A stretch of DNA of 64,000 bases from an uncultured archaeon (GCA_964354805.1 CAYHBD010000016.1:32001-96000), one strand, 5' to 3'. Shown: positions 1-10,024, numbered from the stretch's first letter. The notes: generated from the letters alone by a model not told the origin. A program made the numbers and translations.

Positions 1-80
1 ATTTTTTCCTCTGGCTCGCCTGCCTTAACCATGTCCTGGATTATTGTAATAATGCTTGAAGCACTCTTGGCAGCTGGCAT
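1..80 (-). CDS. Hypothetical protein, 5' part only (runs off window)
   Basis: ATG at 80-78, open frame MPAAKSASSIITIIQDMVKAGEPEEK to the window edge. Confidence 0.55.
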   Translation of the reverse strand, partial: MPAAKSASSIITIIQDMVKAGEPEEK

Positions 81-312
81 TTAACAAAACCTCTTTTGAA
101 TTTCCTTTTTGGAATTATTGGCTTTCAAGTTAATAAAATCTCTTTTAACTCGGAATTATTTAGCGCTTTCAAATTAATAAAAGTTTCCCTTGTTAAAACC
201 GAGCCAGTTGCATACATATATTGAATAGTTATATATGTGCAACCCCCTGGAAATCATTTGCCAGAGCCGGGGGCGTAATGCTTAAATACAATTTCGCCCA
301 TTATCTAATGAA

Positions 313-837
313 ATGCAGCACAAAATTGTAATCGCGTTAATTGTTTTCATTGCAATAGGCTTAGCCTTCTTTTTCTTGTACGGGCAGCAGCAAAGCCAGC
401 CGATTGAAGAAGATTTTGAGCCAGACTTCGGGCCAGTGCCGGGCGTTGTTGTTGAGCCAGGGAACCTTGCGCCGACAGCAGGAAACTGCGTCAACCAGGC
501 AACCCAGGAGGACAAGGACTTGTGCTGGAGTTGGCAGGCCGGGGATGAAAAAAACGTGCGCTTGTGCGATAACATCAAAGGTGAGCCTGGGGCAGGCGGC
601 ACCATAAACGAAAGCAAAAAAATAATCTGCATTGAGGCAGTTGCAATTGAACTGCTTGACGAAGCAATATGCAGGCAGGAATTCACAGACAACAACGACA
701 GATTGTACCACTGCATCACTGTTGTTGCAGCTGAAAAAATGGATTACAGCCTGTGCGAAAGCATGCCAGCAGTATACAAAGAACGCTGTCTTAAAGAATT
801 AGAGGAAGAAGAAGGCAGCCCAGTAAGCTGGGGCTAA
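313..837 (+). CDS. Membrane-anchored Cys-rich repeat protein
   Basis: N-terminal hydrophobic helix; repeated D/E-x-x-x-C...C units. Confidence 0.75.
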   Translation: MQHKIVIALIVFIAIGLAFFFLYGQQQSQPIEEDFEPDFGPVPGVVVEPGNLAPTAGNCVNQATQEDKDLCWSWQAGDEKNVRLCDNIKGEPGAGGTINESKKIICIEAVAIELLDEAICRQEFTDNNDRLYHCITVVAAEKMDYSLCESMPAVYKERCLKELEEEEGSPVSWG

Positions 838-840
838 AAC

Positions 841-1182
841 TTAAAGCAGCCGCAGCTTTCCTGTAATCCTGTCAATCTCTTTTTCTTCTGCCGGGCCAAT
901 TGCAATGCAGGTAACAGTGCCCTTTTCCACCTGGGTGAAGCCGGCATCCCTTACAAGGGAAACAGCAAAGTGTTTCTTCGCCCTCTTATACAAATCAATC
1001 AGTTCCTGCTCGCTGCCAACTTTTAAAACAATTTTTTTCATTCCATCTGTGTTCCACTCTTCAAAAACATCTGGCGGCAGCTCATTCAAAACAGAGACAC
1101 TTGCATGGCTTGCCTGTGCTGCAATCTTCCCCTTGCCCATTTTCAAATCGCTTCTGACAACGATTGCCTGTTTCAAAGACAT
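841..1182 (-). CDS. pth2: Peptidyl-tRNA hydrolase Pth2
   Basis: KQAIVVRSDLKMGKGKIAAQASHA, KKIVLK, DAGFTQV, IGP motifs. Confidence 0.96.
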   Translation of the reverse strand: MSLKQAIVVRSDLKMGKGKIAAQASHASVSVLNELPPDVFEEWNTDGMKKIVLKVGSEQELIDLYKRAKKHFAVSLVRDAGFTQVEKGTVTCIAIGPAEEKEIDRITGKLRLL

Positions 1183-1289
1183 TTTCCCATGCCTCCAAAT
1201 ATTGGTTTTCTTACAGAAAATAAGCCACTTCTCTCAATAAAAATTTAATTGCCCTGCGCCTTTTACCCCTCTTTCTTCCATTGCCGGCA

Positions 1290-3422
1290 CTATGCTGGCG
1301 TTGGGCATCCTGCTTTGTTCCATAATCTCATTCTCTGCATCAGCGCCAGCATACTCATTTCTCCCCTTCTCCATTGAGGAATGTACAGGTTCATTAATGT
1401 ATCCGTGTTAACGCATTCTGGGCAGTCGCTTGGGCAGGTAGCAAATGTCTCGCCTGTTTCACATATTCCGTTGTTGTTGCAGTTTGTCTGGCATACATTG
1501 CCTTCATCTATTTCGCCATCGCAATCATTGTCTTTGCTGTCGCAGATTTCATCGCCGATGTAGCTGGCGAATTTGTATATGTGGACAGCGTATGGGCCGA
1601 ATGTTTCGGTTAAACTGCCAGCATTTAAGCTTCCCAGCTCTTTGCCTGAGTCAATTGTTTTTTGAACACAATATTTGTTTGCTGTAATGCCTGAAAAGCT
1701 TAGGTTGCCTGCCAATGTTTTTCCTTTTCTGAGGACGTCTGCCTGCTGCGTTAATTTTAGGAATTCAAGATTATTTTCCAAGCTTATGACGCCGATTCTA
1801 ACATCCCTGGCATAGACTTTCACACCAGGGGTTGAAATTTGAATTAGTAAAAAGTAGGTTCTGGTGTGTTCTAGCTCAATTCCCCCATTGGGCAATGTAA
1901 ATTCTTGCAGCCCAGTTCCGGAAATTTGTGCTTCGCCTTCAATAATTTTTGTATCAGGAGCCGCGTCCCTGTTTGGGTCAAAGTGCTGGTCCTCATTAGG
2001 GTTGGAGTTCACATATCCCTTCTTTCCATCGCTGTAAATTGCATACTTAAAGCTTATGCCTGCTTGCGGCAGCTCAGCAAAGTAGAGGTTAAATTTGTTT
2101 ACTCTCTTGTCTTCATTTGTTACGCCTGTTGAAAAAACCGCAATGTTCAGTTTGTTGGTTAAAAGCTCTGTTGGCCCTATGGGGTTCTCACCAGTTTCTT
2201 CATCATCTTCTGCACTTTCGCAGTCTGGGTCTTTGCCATAATCTATTAAGTTATCCCAGTCATTGTCGATGCCATCACTGCATTCAAATGCAGGGAAAAC
2301 ATTGCCCAAACTGTCAAAAAAGTGCGCTTTTAAAAGCATGGTTTCGTGGCCATCTGTGTAATCAAAGTATTTTGAGGTTTCCTCTGCAACGTTTGCGCAA
2401 ATGACATAATTAGCTGTTTTTCCGTTTTCCTCTACATCCCATACCTTGCAGTTAATGTTTCCAGGTGATGTGATTGAAATCCCTGTTGAGAATGGTGAAA
2501 GAAATATATTGCTGTGCCGTTGTATATCTAGGGCAAACTTTTTGATGCCCTCAAAAAGCCTTGGCGAATCCAGAATGCTATAGTTTGAGGCTGGTAGCTC
2601 AAAATCGTCATCTCTGTCACCGTCAGCTTTTCTGAACGCATACATCACAACACCTTTTGCTCCGTGAATAATTGAATCATATGCCTGCACTCTGATTTCA
2701 TCAACTGTGGGCTCCCTCTCAAACCGCCTATATTTATCTGGCTGGTATCCGGTTATACTCAAGGCAACTATTGCAGGTTTTTCCTTCATGTTTTCTACAG
2801 CGCCCTGCATGCTTTCCCCGCAGCCTTTTACATCCATCCTGGGCACTCTATACCCTGCTTGAACTTGAGCAATGTCAACATACGGGTATTGTTCTGCTAG
2901 GTATGGCCCGTGTGCACCAGTTATTGTTGGAGTAATGGAAACAAACCTGTTGCAGAGGTCGTTGGCTCTAATTGTATCACTGTACAAGCGCACATTCCCC
3001 CTTATATCTGTATACAAATTTGGTTCTCCGTAAACTTCCCAGCCTATTACGTTTGGGTTATTGTGTTGGCTGCCTAACGTGTCCAATTCTAATTTTCCAT
3101 CTACTACCTTTAAAGCCGATTGCGCCACCATTTTAACCTTGTTTCCTACAGCCGGGTCCTTAATGTAGTCAAAAGCATATGGCGTGTCATGTATTATGAA
3201 ATTGAAATATCTGCTGTATTCGTAATCTTTGAGGGTTTCTGTGAGGGTTTTATTTAGCCCCCAGCTGTAAAAACTCCAGAATCCGATTGGAAAAAACCCC
3301 TGCCTGTTAATAGCAATGTTACCTTGGTCAATAGTGACAACAGGGCAGTATTCCGGCAGCGCGCTCGCTGCATTGGTTAAAACTAAGAAAAATAAAATGG
3401 TGGCAATTACATTGGCTTTCAT
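1290..3422 (-). CDS. Large secreted protein: putative glycoside-hydrolase-like domain, C-D-x-x-DND repeats, conserved C-terminal module
   Basis: Signal peptide; GWEVYGEP and AYDSIIHGAKGVVMY segments; ECSDGIDND and ICDSKDNDCDGEIDE motifs; C-terminus shared with 26463..27971. The CDS is secure, the function is tentative. Confidence 0.7.
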   Translation of the reverse strand: MKANVIATILFFLVLTNAASALPEYCPVVTIDQGNIAINRQGFFPIGFWSFYSWGLNKTLTETLKDYEYSRYFNFIIHDTPYAFDYIKDPAVGNKVKMVAQSALKVVDGKLELDTLGSQHNNPNVIGWEVYGEPNLYTDIRGNVRLYSDTIRANDLCNRFVSITPTITGAHGPYLAEQYPYVDIAQVQAGYRVPRMDVKGCGESMQGAVENMKEKPAIVALSITGYQPDKYRRFEREPTVDEIRVQAYDSIIHGAKGVVMYAFRKADGDRDDDFELPASNYSILDSPRLFEGIKKFALDIQRHSNIFLSPFSTGISITSPGNINCKVWDVEENGKTANYVICANVAEETSKYFDYTDGHETMLLKAHFFDSLGNVFPAFECSDGIDNDWDNLIDYGKDPDCESAEDDEETGENPIGPTELLTNKLNIAVFSTGVTNEDKRVNKFNLYFAELPQAGISFKYAIYSDGKKGYVNSNPNEDQHFDPNRDAAPDTKIIEGEAQISGTGLQEFTLPNGGIELEHTRTYFLLIQISTPGVKVYARDVRIGVISLENNLEFLKLTQQADVLRKGKTLAGNLSFSGITANKYCVQKTIDSGKELGSLNAGSLTETFGPYAVHIYKFASYIGDEICDSKDNDCDGEIDEGNVCQTNCNNNGICETGETFATCPSDCPECVNTDTLMNLYIPQWRRGEMSMLALMQRMRLWNKAGCPTPA

Positions 3423-3829
3423 TAATTACTTTTAACGCTTTTCCCCTTTTTATTTCTATAGTCTTCAATCGCTTTCCGCAGGCCGTCCATTGAAAGAACA
3501 GAGCAATGCATTTTTTGCGGCGGCAGGCCATCGAGCTGGGCTGCAATCTTTCCCTTGTCGATTTCAAGCGCTTCCTGCAAAGTCATTCCCTTAACCATTT
3601 CGGTCAGCTTGCTGCTGGTGGCAATAGCTGCAACGCACCCGAAAGTTTTCACTTTAATATCCTTAATTATCTCTTCCCCCTTCTTGTTCTTAGCAACCTT
3701 AATGTAAACCCACATCAAATCGCCGCAGACAGGATTGCCGACTTTTCCCAATCCATCCGGCTTTTGTATTTCACCAATATTATGCGGGTGCCTGAATTCA
3801 TCCAAAACTTTATCCGAATACATTTTCAT
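3422..3829 (-). CDS. iscU: Fe-S cluster scaffold IscU/NifU-N
   Basis: YSDKVLDEF, GNPVCGD, FGCVAAIA, LPPQKMHCS. Confidence 0.96.
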   Translation of the reverse strand: MKMYSDKVLDEFRHPHNIGEIQKPDGLGKVGNPVCGDLMWVYIKVAKNKKGEEIIKDIKVKTFGCVAAIATSSKLTEMVKGMTLQEALEIDKGKIAAQLDGLPPQKMHCSVLSMDGLRKAIEDYRNKKGKSVKSN

Positions 3830-3837
3830 TCCTCCAA

Positions 3838-5055
3838 TTAAAATTCATGCCCATGTTCATGCCTGTGCTCTACCTCGCTCTCAAACTTGCTTATGTCAAC
3901 GCCCTTGTGCAGTGGGCTAATTGAGCGCAGCTTTTCAACAATCGGCGGCAGCACTTTCAGAACAAATTCAATATCTTTCGCTGTAGTGCTTCTCCCCAAC
4001 GTAAATCTCAATGAACCGTGGCATTTCACATGCGGCAGGCCAAGCGCTCTCAGCACATGGCTTGGCTCAAGGTCTCTGGTTGAACAGGCGCTCCCAGTGC
4101 TTGCAGCAATTCCCTTATCGCTCAGCATCAAGACCATGCTTTCCCCTTCAACGAAATCAAACCCGAGGTTTGCGTTGCCTGCAATTCTCGGTTCAGCCGC
4201 CCCATTCAGCCAGCTGTTTTCAATCCGCAAACAACCCGTAACCAGCTTGTTCCGCAGCTTTCTTTCCCTTGCATTCTCCTCTTTCATCTCCTTTAATGCA
4301 ATCCGCAGCGCTGCTCCCATTCCAACAATTCCTGCAACGTTCTCTGTCCCGCTCCGCAATCCTTTCTCCTGCCCGCCGCCGTGCATCAGCGGATTGATTT
4401 TCGTGCCCTGCCTTACATACAAAAAGCCAACTCCTTTTGGGCCGTAAAATTTGTGGGCTGAAGCAGAAAGCAAATCAATGTCCATTTTCTGCACATCAAT
4501 CTGCTCTTTTCCAACCGTTTGCACAGCATCGGTGTGGAACAAAACCCCTTTGCTTTTGCACAATTCGCCAATCTCCTTAATCGGCTGCACTGTTCCAATC
4601 TCGTTGTTTGCGTGCATTACGCTCACAAGAATTGTTTTCTCATTTATTGCGGAGCGCAATTCATTCAAATCAACAAACCCGTTCTTGTCCACGCTGAGAT
4701 AAGTTACATCAAATCCCTGTTTTTCAAGAAACTGGCAGGTGCGCAAAACAGCGTGGTGCTCTATTTTTGTTGTAATCAAATGATTGCCCTTTTTCCTGTT
4801 GGGATAAGCTGTTTCCTGCAATGCAATATTATCGGATTCAGTGCCGCCGCTAGTAAAAATTATTTCCTCTGGCCTTGCGTTAATTGCCTTCGCAATCTGT
4901 GCCCTTGCCTTCTCCATTGCCTCTTTTGCCTCCTGCCCGAACAAATGCAGGCTGCTTGCATTTCCAAACCGCTGGCTGAAATATGGTTGCATTTCCCGCA
5001 AAACGCGCTTGTCAACAGGCGTTGTGGCAGCGTGATCCAAGTAGATTCTTCGCAT
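3838..5055 (-). CDS. iscS: Cysteine desulfurase IscS/NifS
   Basis: IYLDHAATT, HTDAVQ, SAHKFYGPKG, STGSAC; start taken at MRRIYLD (5055). Confidence 0.97.
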   Translation of the reverse strand: MRRIYLDHAATTPVDKRVLREMQPYFSQRFGNASSLHLFGQEAKEAMEKARAQIAKAINARPEEIIFTSGGTESDNIALQETAYPNRKKGNHLITTKIEHHAVLRTCQFLEKQGFDVTYLSVDKNGFVDLNELRSAINEKTILVSVMHANNEIGTVQPIKEIGELCKSKGVLFHTDAVQTVGKEQIDVQKMDIDLLSASAHKFYGPKGVGFLYVRQGTKINPLMHGGGQEKGLRSGTENVAGIVGMGAALRIALKEMKEENARERKLRNKLVTGCLRIENSWLNGAAEPRIAGNANLGFDFVEGESMVLMLSDKGIAASTGSACSTRDLEPSHVLRALGLPHVKCHGSLRFTLGRSTTAKDIEFVLKVLPPIVEKLRSISPLHKGVDISKFESEVEHRHEHGHEF

Positions 5056-5056
5056 T

Positions 5057-5374
5057 TTATTCCCTCCAGCATTTGCAGCCGTGGTCAGCATAGTGCTTTT
5101 CAAGCGCTGTAAAAATATCGCATTCATTTATTTTTTGCATGAATTCCTTCCGCAGCGAGTAAACAATTTTCTTTCCCCGCCTTTTTGTTTCCACAAATTT
5201 GCATTTTCTCAGCACTGCAAGGCTGTGGCTTACTTTGCTCTGCTCTTCGCCTGTTTCCTTAACAAGCTCTCCAACGCTTAGCTGCCTTTTCCTCAGCAGC
5301 TGGATTATTTTAATTCTCAGGGGGTTTCCCAGAACCTCAAAGCACAAATGAAAAGGGGTTGAATCAGATTTCAT
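5057..5374 (-). CDS. ArsR/SmtB family transcriptional regulator
   Basis: LGNPLRIKIIQLL...SVGEL...QSKVSHSLAVL winged helix; C-terminal His/Cys cluster. Confidence 0.92.
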   Translation of the reverse strand: MKSDSTPFHLCFEVLGNPLRIKIIQLLRKRQLSVGELVKETGEEQSKVSHSLAVLRKCKFVETKRRGKKIVYSLRKEFMQKINECDIFTALEKHYADHGCKCWRE

Positions 5375-5404
5375 ATGAAATATGTTTCATATAAGGTTTA
5401 TAAA
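5369..5404 (-). promoter_or_regulatory. TATA box plus ArsR-type inverted-repeat operator overlapping the start codon
   Basis: Perfect IR ATATGAAA-TATG-TTTCATAT (5373-5392); TTTATAAA about 25 bp upstream of the ATG. Confidence 0.75.
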
Positions 5405-5441
5405 GCTTGCGCCTGGGCAATGAATTTTTTGCCCTGCATTT

Positions 5442-7538
5442 CTACGCCAGCGTCAATCCGTATGCGATGATGAATGATGCGAAGACAATGCTCACCATTG
5501 ACATTAGTTTGATTAGTATGTTTAGTGATGGCCCTGAGCAGTCCTTCAGCGGGTCGCCAACAGTGTCTCCGACTATTGCTGCCTTGTGCTGTTCGCTGCC
5601 TTTTCCGCCCAAGCCGCCTTCTTCTATGAATTTTTTTGCGTTGTCCCATGCTCCCCCGGCGTTTGCCATGAATATTGCGAGAACAAAGCCGCTAACCAGT
5701 GCGCCAATAAGAAGCCCCACAACTGCGCCCACTCCAATCAGCAAACCTACTGCAATTGGGGCAATTATTGCCATCAAGGAAGGCAGAATCATTTCCCTCT
5801 GCGCTGCTTTTGTTGTTATGTAAACGCATTTCGCGTAATCCGGCTTTGCCTTTCCCTGCATCAGGCCTTTTATTTCCCTGAACTGCCTTCTTACTTCAAG
5901 CACTATTTTTGAAGCAGTGTTGCCAACTGCCCTCATTGACAGGGAGGAGAAAAGGAAAGGAAGCATGCCTCCAATGAGTAATCCAACAATTATCTGCGGA
6001 TTCATCAAATCGAGGCTAAATTCTTTTCCAAGCAGGTTAACGTGCTCTTTGTATGCTGCAACAAGGGCAAGGGTTGTCAGCGCAGCCGAGGCAATTGCAA
6101 ACCCCTTTCCTGTTGCTGCTGTAGTGTTTCCCAGGGCATCAAGGGCGTCTGTTCTTTTCCTCACAATCGGCAGCTGTTTTGACATTTGCGCAATGCCGCC
6201 AGCGTTGTCTGCAACAGGTCCGTAAGCGTCAGATGCGAGGGTGATTCCAAGTGTGCTCAGCATTCCGACAGCAGCAATGCTGATTCCGTACAATCCAAGA
6301 TTCGCGTTTGCTGAGCCGCCTGAAAGGTAAAAGCTTGCAAGAATTGCGACAGCAACAGCAATTATTGGCACTGCTGTGCTCAGCATGCCTGTGCTCATCC
6401 CGCTTATTATTACAGTTGCAGACCCTGTTTTGCTGCTTTCAGCAATTGATTTTGCCGGCCTGTATTTGTTTGAAGTGAAATACTCTGTTGAGATTCCTAT
6501 CACAAGCCCTGCAACAAGGCCGCTCAATATCGAGAAAAAAATCCCGATGTGCTCTGCTCCCAGAGTGAATTGGACAATAAAGAAGCTGATTATTGCCACA
6601 ATGATTGCCGTGCTGAACACGCCTTTTCTCAAAGCCAGCAGCAGAACCGATTGATTTGCTTCCTCGCCGCTTCTTATGAAAAAAGTTCCAATTATTGAAG
6701 CAATTATTCCAACGCCCGCAAGCATTAATGGGACAGAAACTCCTTCAACTCCCAAGCCTGCTGCAACAGCCAGTGCCATTGTCGCAATTATTGAACCCAC
6801 ATAGCTTTCATACAAGTCAGCCCCCATTCCCGCTACATCGCCGACATTGTCCCCAACCAGGTCAGCGATTACAGCAGGGTTTCTGGGATCGTCCTCAGGA
6901 ATTCCTTTCTCTATTTTTCCAACAAGGTCAGCGCCGACGTCAGCTGCCTTTGTGTAAATCCCGCCCCCAAGCCTTGCGAAGAGGGCAACGCTGCTCGCCC
7001 CCATTCCAAAAGTCAGCATCGCTGACGTAATGTACTGCATTCTTGCTGCAACATCCAAGCCTGAATAAAACCAGTTGAGAAACATGAACCAGATGCTCAA
7101 ATCAAGCAAGCCAAAGCCGACAACAACCATACCCATTACGGCTCCGGCTGAAAAAGCAATCCTGAGCCCGCTGTTCAGGCTTTTTTTCGCGCCGTTTGTT
7201 GTCCTTGCATTCGCTTTTGTTGCGATAAGCATGCCAAGATAGCCGCAGAGGCCGGAGAAGAATCCGCCGGTCAGGAATGCAAACGGGACAAAAACAGTTA
7301 AGTGCCCCAAAAACACCAGCGCAATTAATATCACTTCAACAGCAGCAAAGAACAGCGCAATGATTAAATACTGCCTGCGCAAAAAAGCCTTTGCGCCCTC
7401 GCTTATGGCTGCGCTTATTCTTTTCATTTCATCCGTGCCCTGGTCCTTTCTCAGAATTGAAAAAGAAGTGTAAGCCGCAAAAGCAATCGCGGCAAGGCTC
7501 ATTACAAAAACGAATTCAATCAAGGCAACACCAAGCAA
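5442..7538 (-). CDS. hppA: Membrane-bound ion-translocating pyrophosphatase (K+-dependent, probably Na+-pumping)
   Basis: GGGIYTKAADVGADLVGKIE, EDDPRNP, DNVGD, GNTTAA, GDTVGDPLKD; many TM helices. Confidence 0.97.
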   Translation of the reverse strand: MLGVALIEFVFVMSLAAIAFAAYTSFSILRKDQGTDEMKRISAAISEGAKAFLRRQYLIIALFFAAVEVILIALVFLGHLTVFVPFAFLTGGFFSGLCGYLGMLIATKANARTTNGAKKSLNSGLRIAFSAGAVMGMVVVGFGLLDLSIWFMFLNWFYSGLDVAARMQYITSAMLTFGMGASSVALFARLGGGIYTKAADVGADLVGKIEKGIPEDDPRNPAVIADLVGDNVGDVAGMGADLYESYVGSIIATMALAVAAGLGVEGVSVPLMLAGVGIIASIIGTFFIRSGEEANQSVLLLALRKGVFSTAIIVAIISFFIVQFTLGAEHIGIFFSILSGLVAGLVIGISTEYFTSNKYRPAKSIAESSKTGSATVIISGMSTGMLSTAVPIIAVAVAILASFYLSGGSANANLGLYGISIAAVGMLSTLGITLASDAYGPVADNAGGIAQMSKQLPIVRKRTDALDALGNTTAATGKGFAIASAALTTLALVAAYKEHVNLLGKEFSLDLMNPQIIVGLLIGGMLPFLFSSLSMRAVGNTASKIVLEVRRQFREIKGLMQGKAKPDYAKCVYITTKAAQREMILPSLMAIIAPIAVGLLIGVGAVVGLLIGALVSGFVLAIFMANAGGAWDNAKKFIEEGGLGGKGSEQHKAAIVGDTVGDPLKDCSGPSLNILIKLMSMVSIVFASFIIAYGLTLA

Positions 7539-7649
7539 ACTGCATATTAAAAAAATGCGCGGTGTTTAAAAATATTTTGCAGCGGGATTCGCGGAAAAAG
7601 TCAGTAAAAAAGCGTGCAATTACCCGGCAATTCCCCAAATAGCGCTTTT

Positions 7650-8003
7650 TCAGTAAGTTATCTCTTTCAACCGCAGGCTTTTTGTTATTCCGTCGTTTCC
7701 CCACAAGTAGGTGAAGTTTGTTTCGTCTATTTTTCCAACCCAGATTTGCCTGTTTCTCGGGTGCTCGTGCCCTTTCAGTGTGAACAGCCTGTGGAATTCA
7801 ACCAGCGCCTTGTCGCTGTCGCATTTAACCAGCTTGAACACAAAGCAGTTCGGCGTCTGCATCTGGTCAAAGCTTTCGCCTTCCTCCACAGCCACTTCGT
7901 TGCTTGCAACAGTTGCATTGAACGGCGGCTGCCATTTGTGAATCATGCTTTTCAAAAAAAATACTGCTTTCGGCAAAAATAACACATTCCTTATTTTTTT
8001 CAC
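7650..8003 (-). CDS. Hypothetical protein
   Basis: 117-aa ORF co-oriented with hppA; start uncertain. Confidence 0.55.
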   Translation of the reverse strand: MKKIRNVLFLPKAVFFLKSMIHKWQPPFNATVASNEVAVEEGESFDQMQTPNCFVFKLVKCDSDKALVEFHRLFTLKGHEHPRNRQIWVGKIDETNFTYLWGNDGITKSLRLKEITY

Positions 8004-8176
8004 GTTTTTTTTTCAATTGAAATTCAGCGTAAAAAATAGGTTGCCCAGAATTTAAATAGCTTTCTGTTTAAGGGCGCTACATAATTGGTTTTTTTCTTTC
8101 AATTTATCTTTTGGGGTTGTGCTCTTTTTGATTGCAGGGAAATTATTTAAAGCAGAACCCACCATCAAATCTATCG

Positions 8177-8761
8177 ATGGCCAAGATAGCTATTCAAAGT
8201 GTTGACCTGCTTGTTCACCCTTTTTTTGAGATTTCAACAGCAGCAGGTTACAATGAGTTATCCCCAAAGCAGAGGCAATCCCTTGGGCGCCTTGTGTCAG
8301 TTTGGGCCAGGGCAATAAAAAGCGCCAAATTGAAAGAGGGCAACTTGTTTATTTTAATAAGCTACCCGCTTGCAAACCCCGAATGCCGCAAGGCACTTGG
8401 GCAATTGAAGCGACTTGCAACAAAAGAGCTTGGCTCTGCAAAATTCAGAGAAACGCCATTTAGCTTAAGCCAGATTATAAAAGAAAGGCACCGGCCAGTT
8501 TCATTAGGAAATCCCCCATTCAACAACATCCTGTTTTTGAACAAAGAGTCAATAAGGATAAATCCAATGGGCGAAAGAAAAGGAAAATGCCCTATTATAC
8601 AAGCCGGGCTGCTGCGGTCAGCCCTGCTAAAAGAAGGGCTGTCAGTAAACATTACGAGAAGAAAAAATCTTTCCGGTGCAAAAACCCGTTCCGTGCGGAA
8701 AAAGATGGTTAAGCCTGCGCTTTCAATGCGACGCAAAAATAGGGCATTCAGGCCAAAGTAG
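8177..8761 (+). CDS. Hypothetical basic protein
   Basis: ORF with upstream TTTAAA; R/K-rich C-terminus; start at MAKIAIQ. Confidence 0.65.
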   Translation: MAKIAIQSVDLLVHPFFEISTAAGYNELSPKQRQSLGRLVSVWARAIKSAKLKEGNLFILISYPLANPECRKALGQLKRLATKELGSAKFRETPFSLSQIIKERHRPVSLGNPPFNNILFLNKESIRINPMGERKGKCPIIQAGLLRSALLKEGLSVNITRRKNLSGAKTRSVRKKMVKPALSMRRKNRAFRPK

Positions 8762-8772
8762 CCATCCAGCGG

Positions 8773-8812
8773 AAAGCCTTTTTTGCTGTTGCAAAAAAGC
8801 CTTGGGAAAAAA
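8773..8812 (+). repeat. Family-1 palindromic repeat unit (intergenic)
   Basis: AAAGCC-TTTTTTGC-TGTT-GCAAAAAA-GCC-TTGGGAAAA. Confidence 0.85.
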
Positions 8813-8813
8813 G

Positions 8814-8848
8814 CAGCGGAAGCCCGCTCTTCCAGCAGCTTTTTAAAT
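8814..8848 (+). promoter_or_regulatory. CAGCGGAAGC box plus TATA upstream of nurA
   Basis: CAGCGGAAGCCCGCTCTTCC followed by TTTTTAAAT; similar boxes upstream of rad50 and the dead PolB. Confidence 0.5.
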
Positions 8849-8873
8849 GCCCTGAGCACCTTATTTTACTGCC

Positions 8874-9971
8874 ATGCACTTGCACCAGGTGATTAGCGAA
8901 GCAGTCAGCAACATTGCTGCAATGGACAGGAAGAGAAGGCAGCTTGCATCCCAGCTGCTGCCGCTGTGCAATCAAGACCTGCTTAAACTAAATAATAATG
9001 AATTGCTTGAAAAAAAACTTATTTCACCAGTGGACAAAGCTGAATTGAATTGCAGCATTGCTGGCGTTGACTCCGGTTTTATTGGAAAGGATTTGCTTGC
9101 ATTAGACCTTATCCTGATCAGGACAGTTGGAGCGGTGTTTGATTACAAAAAGGGCAAGGTTGCAAAAGCCCAGTATTTTCCGAACGCTTACGCTTTTCCA
9201 GAACCACATTTGAGCAGCGCAGGCCTTGAGTTTGACGAATTCCAGTGCAGCAAAAGCATACAGCGCCTGATGCAGGAAGTGGATACAGCAAAAGAACTAA
9301 TTGAAAGATTCAAGCCAAAATACTGCTTTTTAGATGGAAGCATTGTCCCGCAGTACGCTGACAAGCCCAGAAAGGACAGCAAAATAAAGAGTGCTTACCA
9401 TGAAATGCTGCGGCAATTCCAATCGCTTTACGAAACAGCCGAAAAAAATAATTGTGAATTGGTTGCATGCGTTGAAGACAGCAGGGGCTCGCGCTTCAGG
9501 CAGATAATGCAGCAACACCTGCTTGCAGAACAAAAGGGAATGGCTGAACAACTTGAAAGCTGCTATGATGCAATCCTTTTGGATTACCTGCTCAAAAAGG
9601 GTGAGAGAAGCAGCGCGTTCGCTTACACCACTGATGTGAAAGAGCACCCCATTCTGATGGATTTTGATGAAAAGTGGGCAAAGGCAGTCAGGGCTTTCTA
9701 CATCAAGCCGGCAGCATTTGACAGGCCATTGAGGGTTGAGTTCCTGCACCCGAACGGAGAAAGCATTTCAACGCATGCAGATGCGATTGCATCCCTTGTT
9801 TTTGCGCAGAGCAGCATGCACAGGGAATACGCTTTTCCGGCAATTCTGATTGAAGCCGATTTGCATGCAAGGCTGACTCCGCAAGAGATTGAGGTTGTTT
9901 TCGACAAAATTTTAAACAAATTGGGGCGAGGATTTAAGTTAAGGATGAGGCGCGACAACAGGCCGTTTTAG
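8874..9971 (+). CDS. nurA: DNA double-strand break repair nuclease NurA
   Basis: IAGVDSG and FLDGS catalytic segments, YAFPAILIEADLHA; adjacent to herA. Confidence 0.9.
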   Translation: MHLHQVISEAVSNIAAMDRKRRQLASQLLPLCNQDLLKLNNNELLEKKLISPVDKAELNCSIAGVDSGFIGKDLLALDLILIRTVGAVFDYKKGKVAKAQYFPNAYAFPEPHLSSAGLEFDEFQCSKSIQRLMQEVDTAKELIERFKPKYCFLDGSIVPQYADKPRKDSKIKSAYHEMLRQFQSLYETAEKNNCELVACVEDSRGSRFRQIMQQHLLAEQKGMAEQLESCYDAILLDYLLKKGERSSAFAYTTDVKEHPILMDFDEKWAKAVRAFYIKPAAFDRPLRVEFLHPNGESISTHADAIASLVFAQSSMHREYAFPAILIEADLHARLTPQEIEVVFDKILNKLGRGFKLRMRRDNRPF

Positions 9972-10024
9972 GTGAAAGGAATAAAAGGGAAAAAAATTAT
10001 AACAAAGCATTTTGAGGCGAGAGA

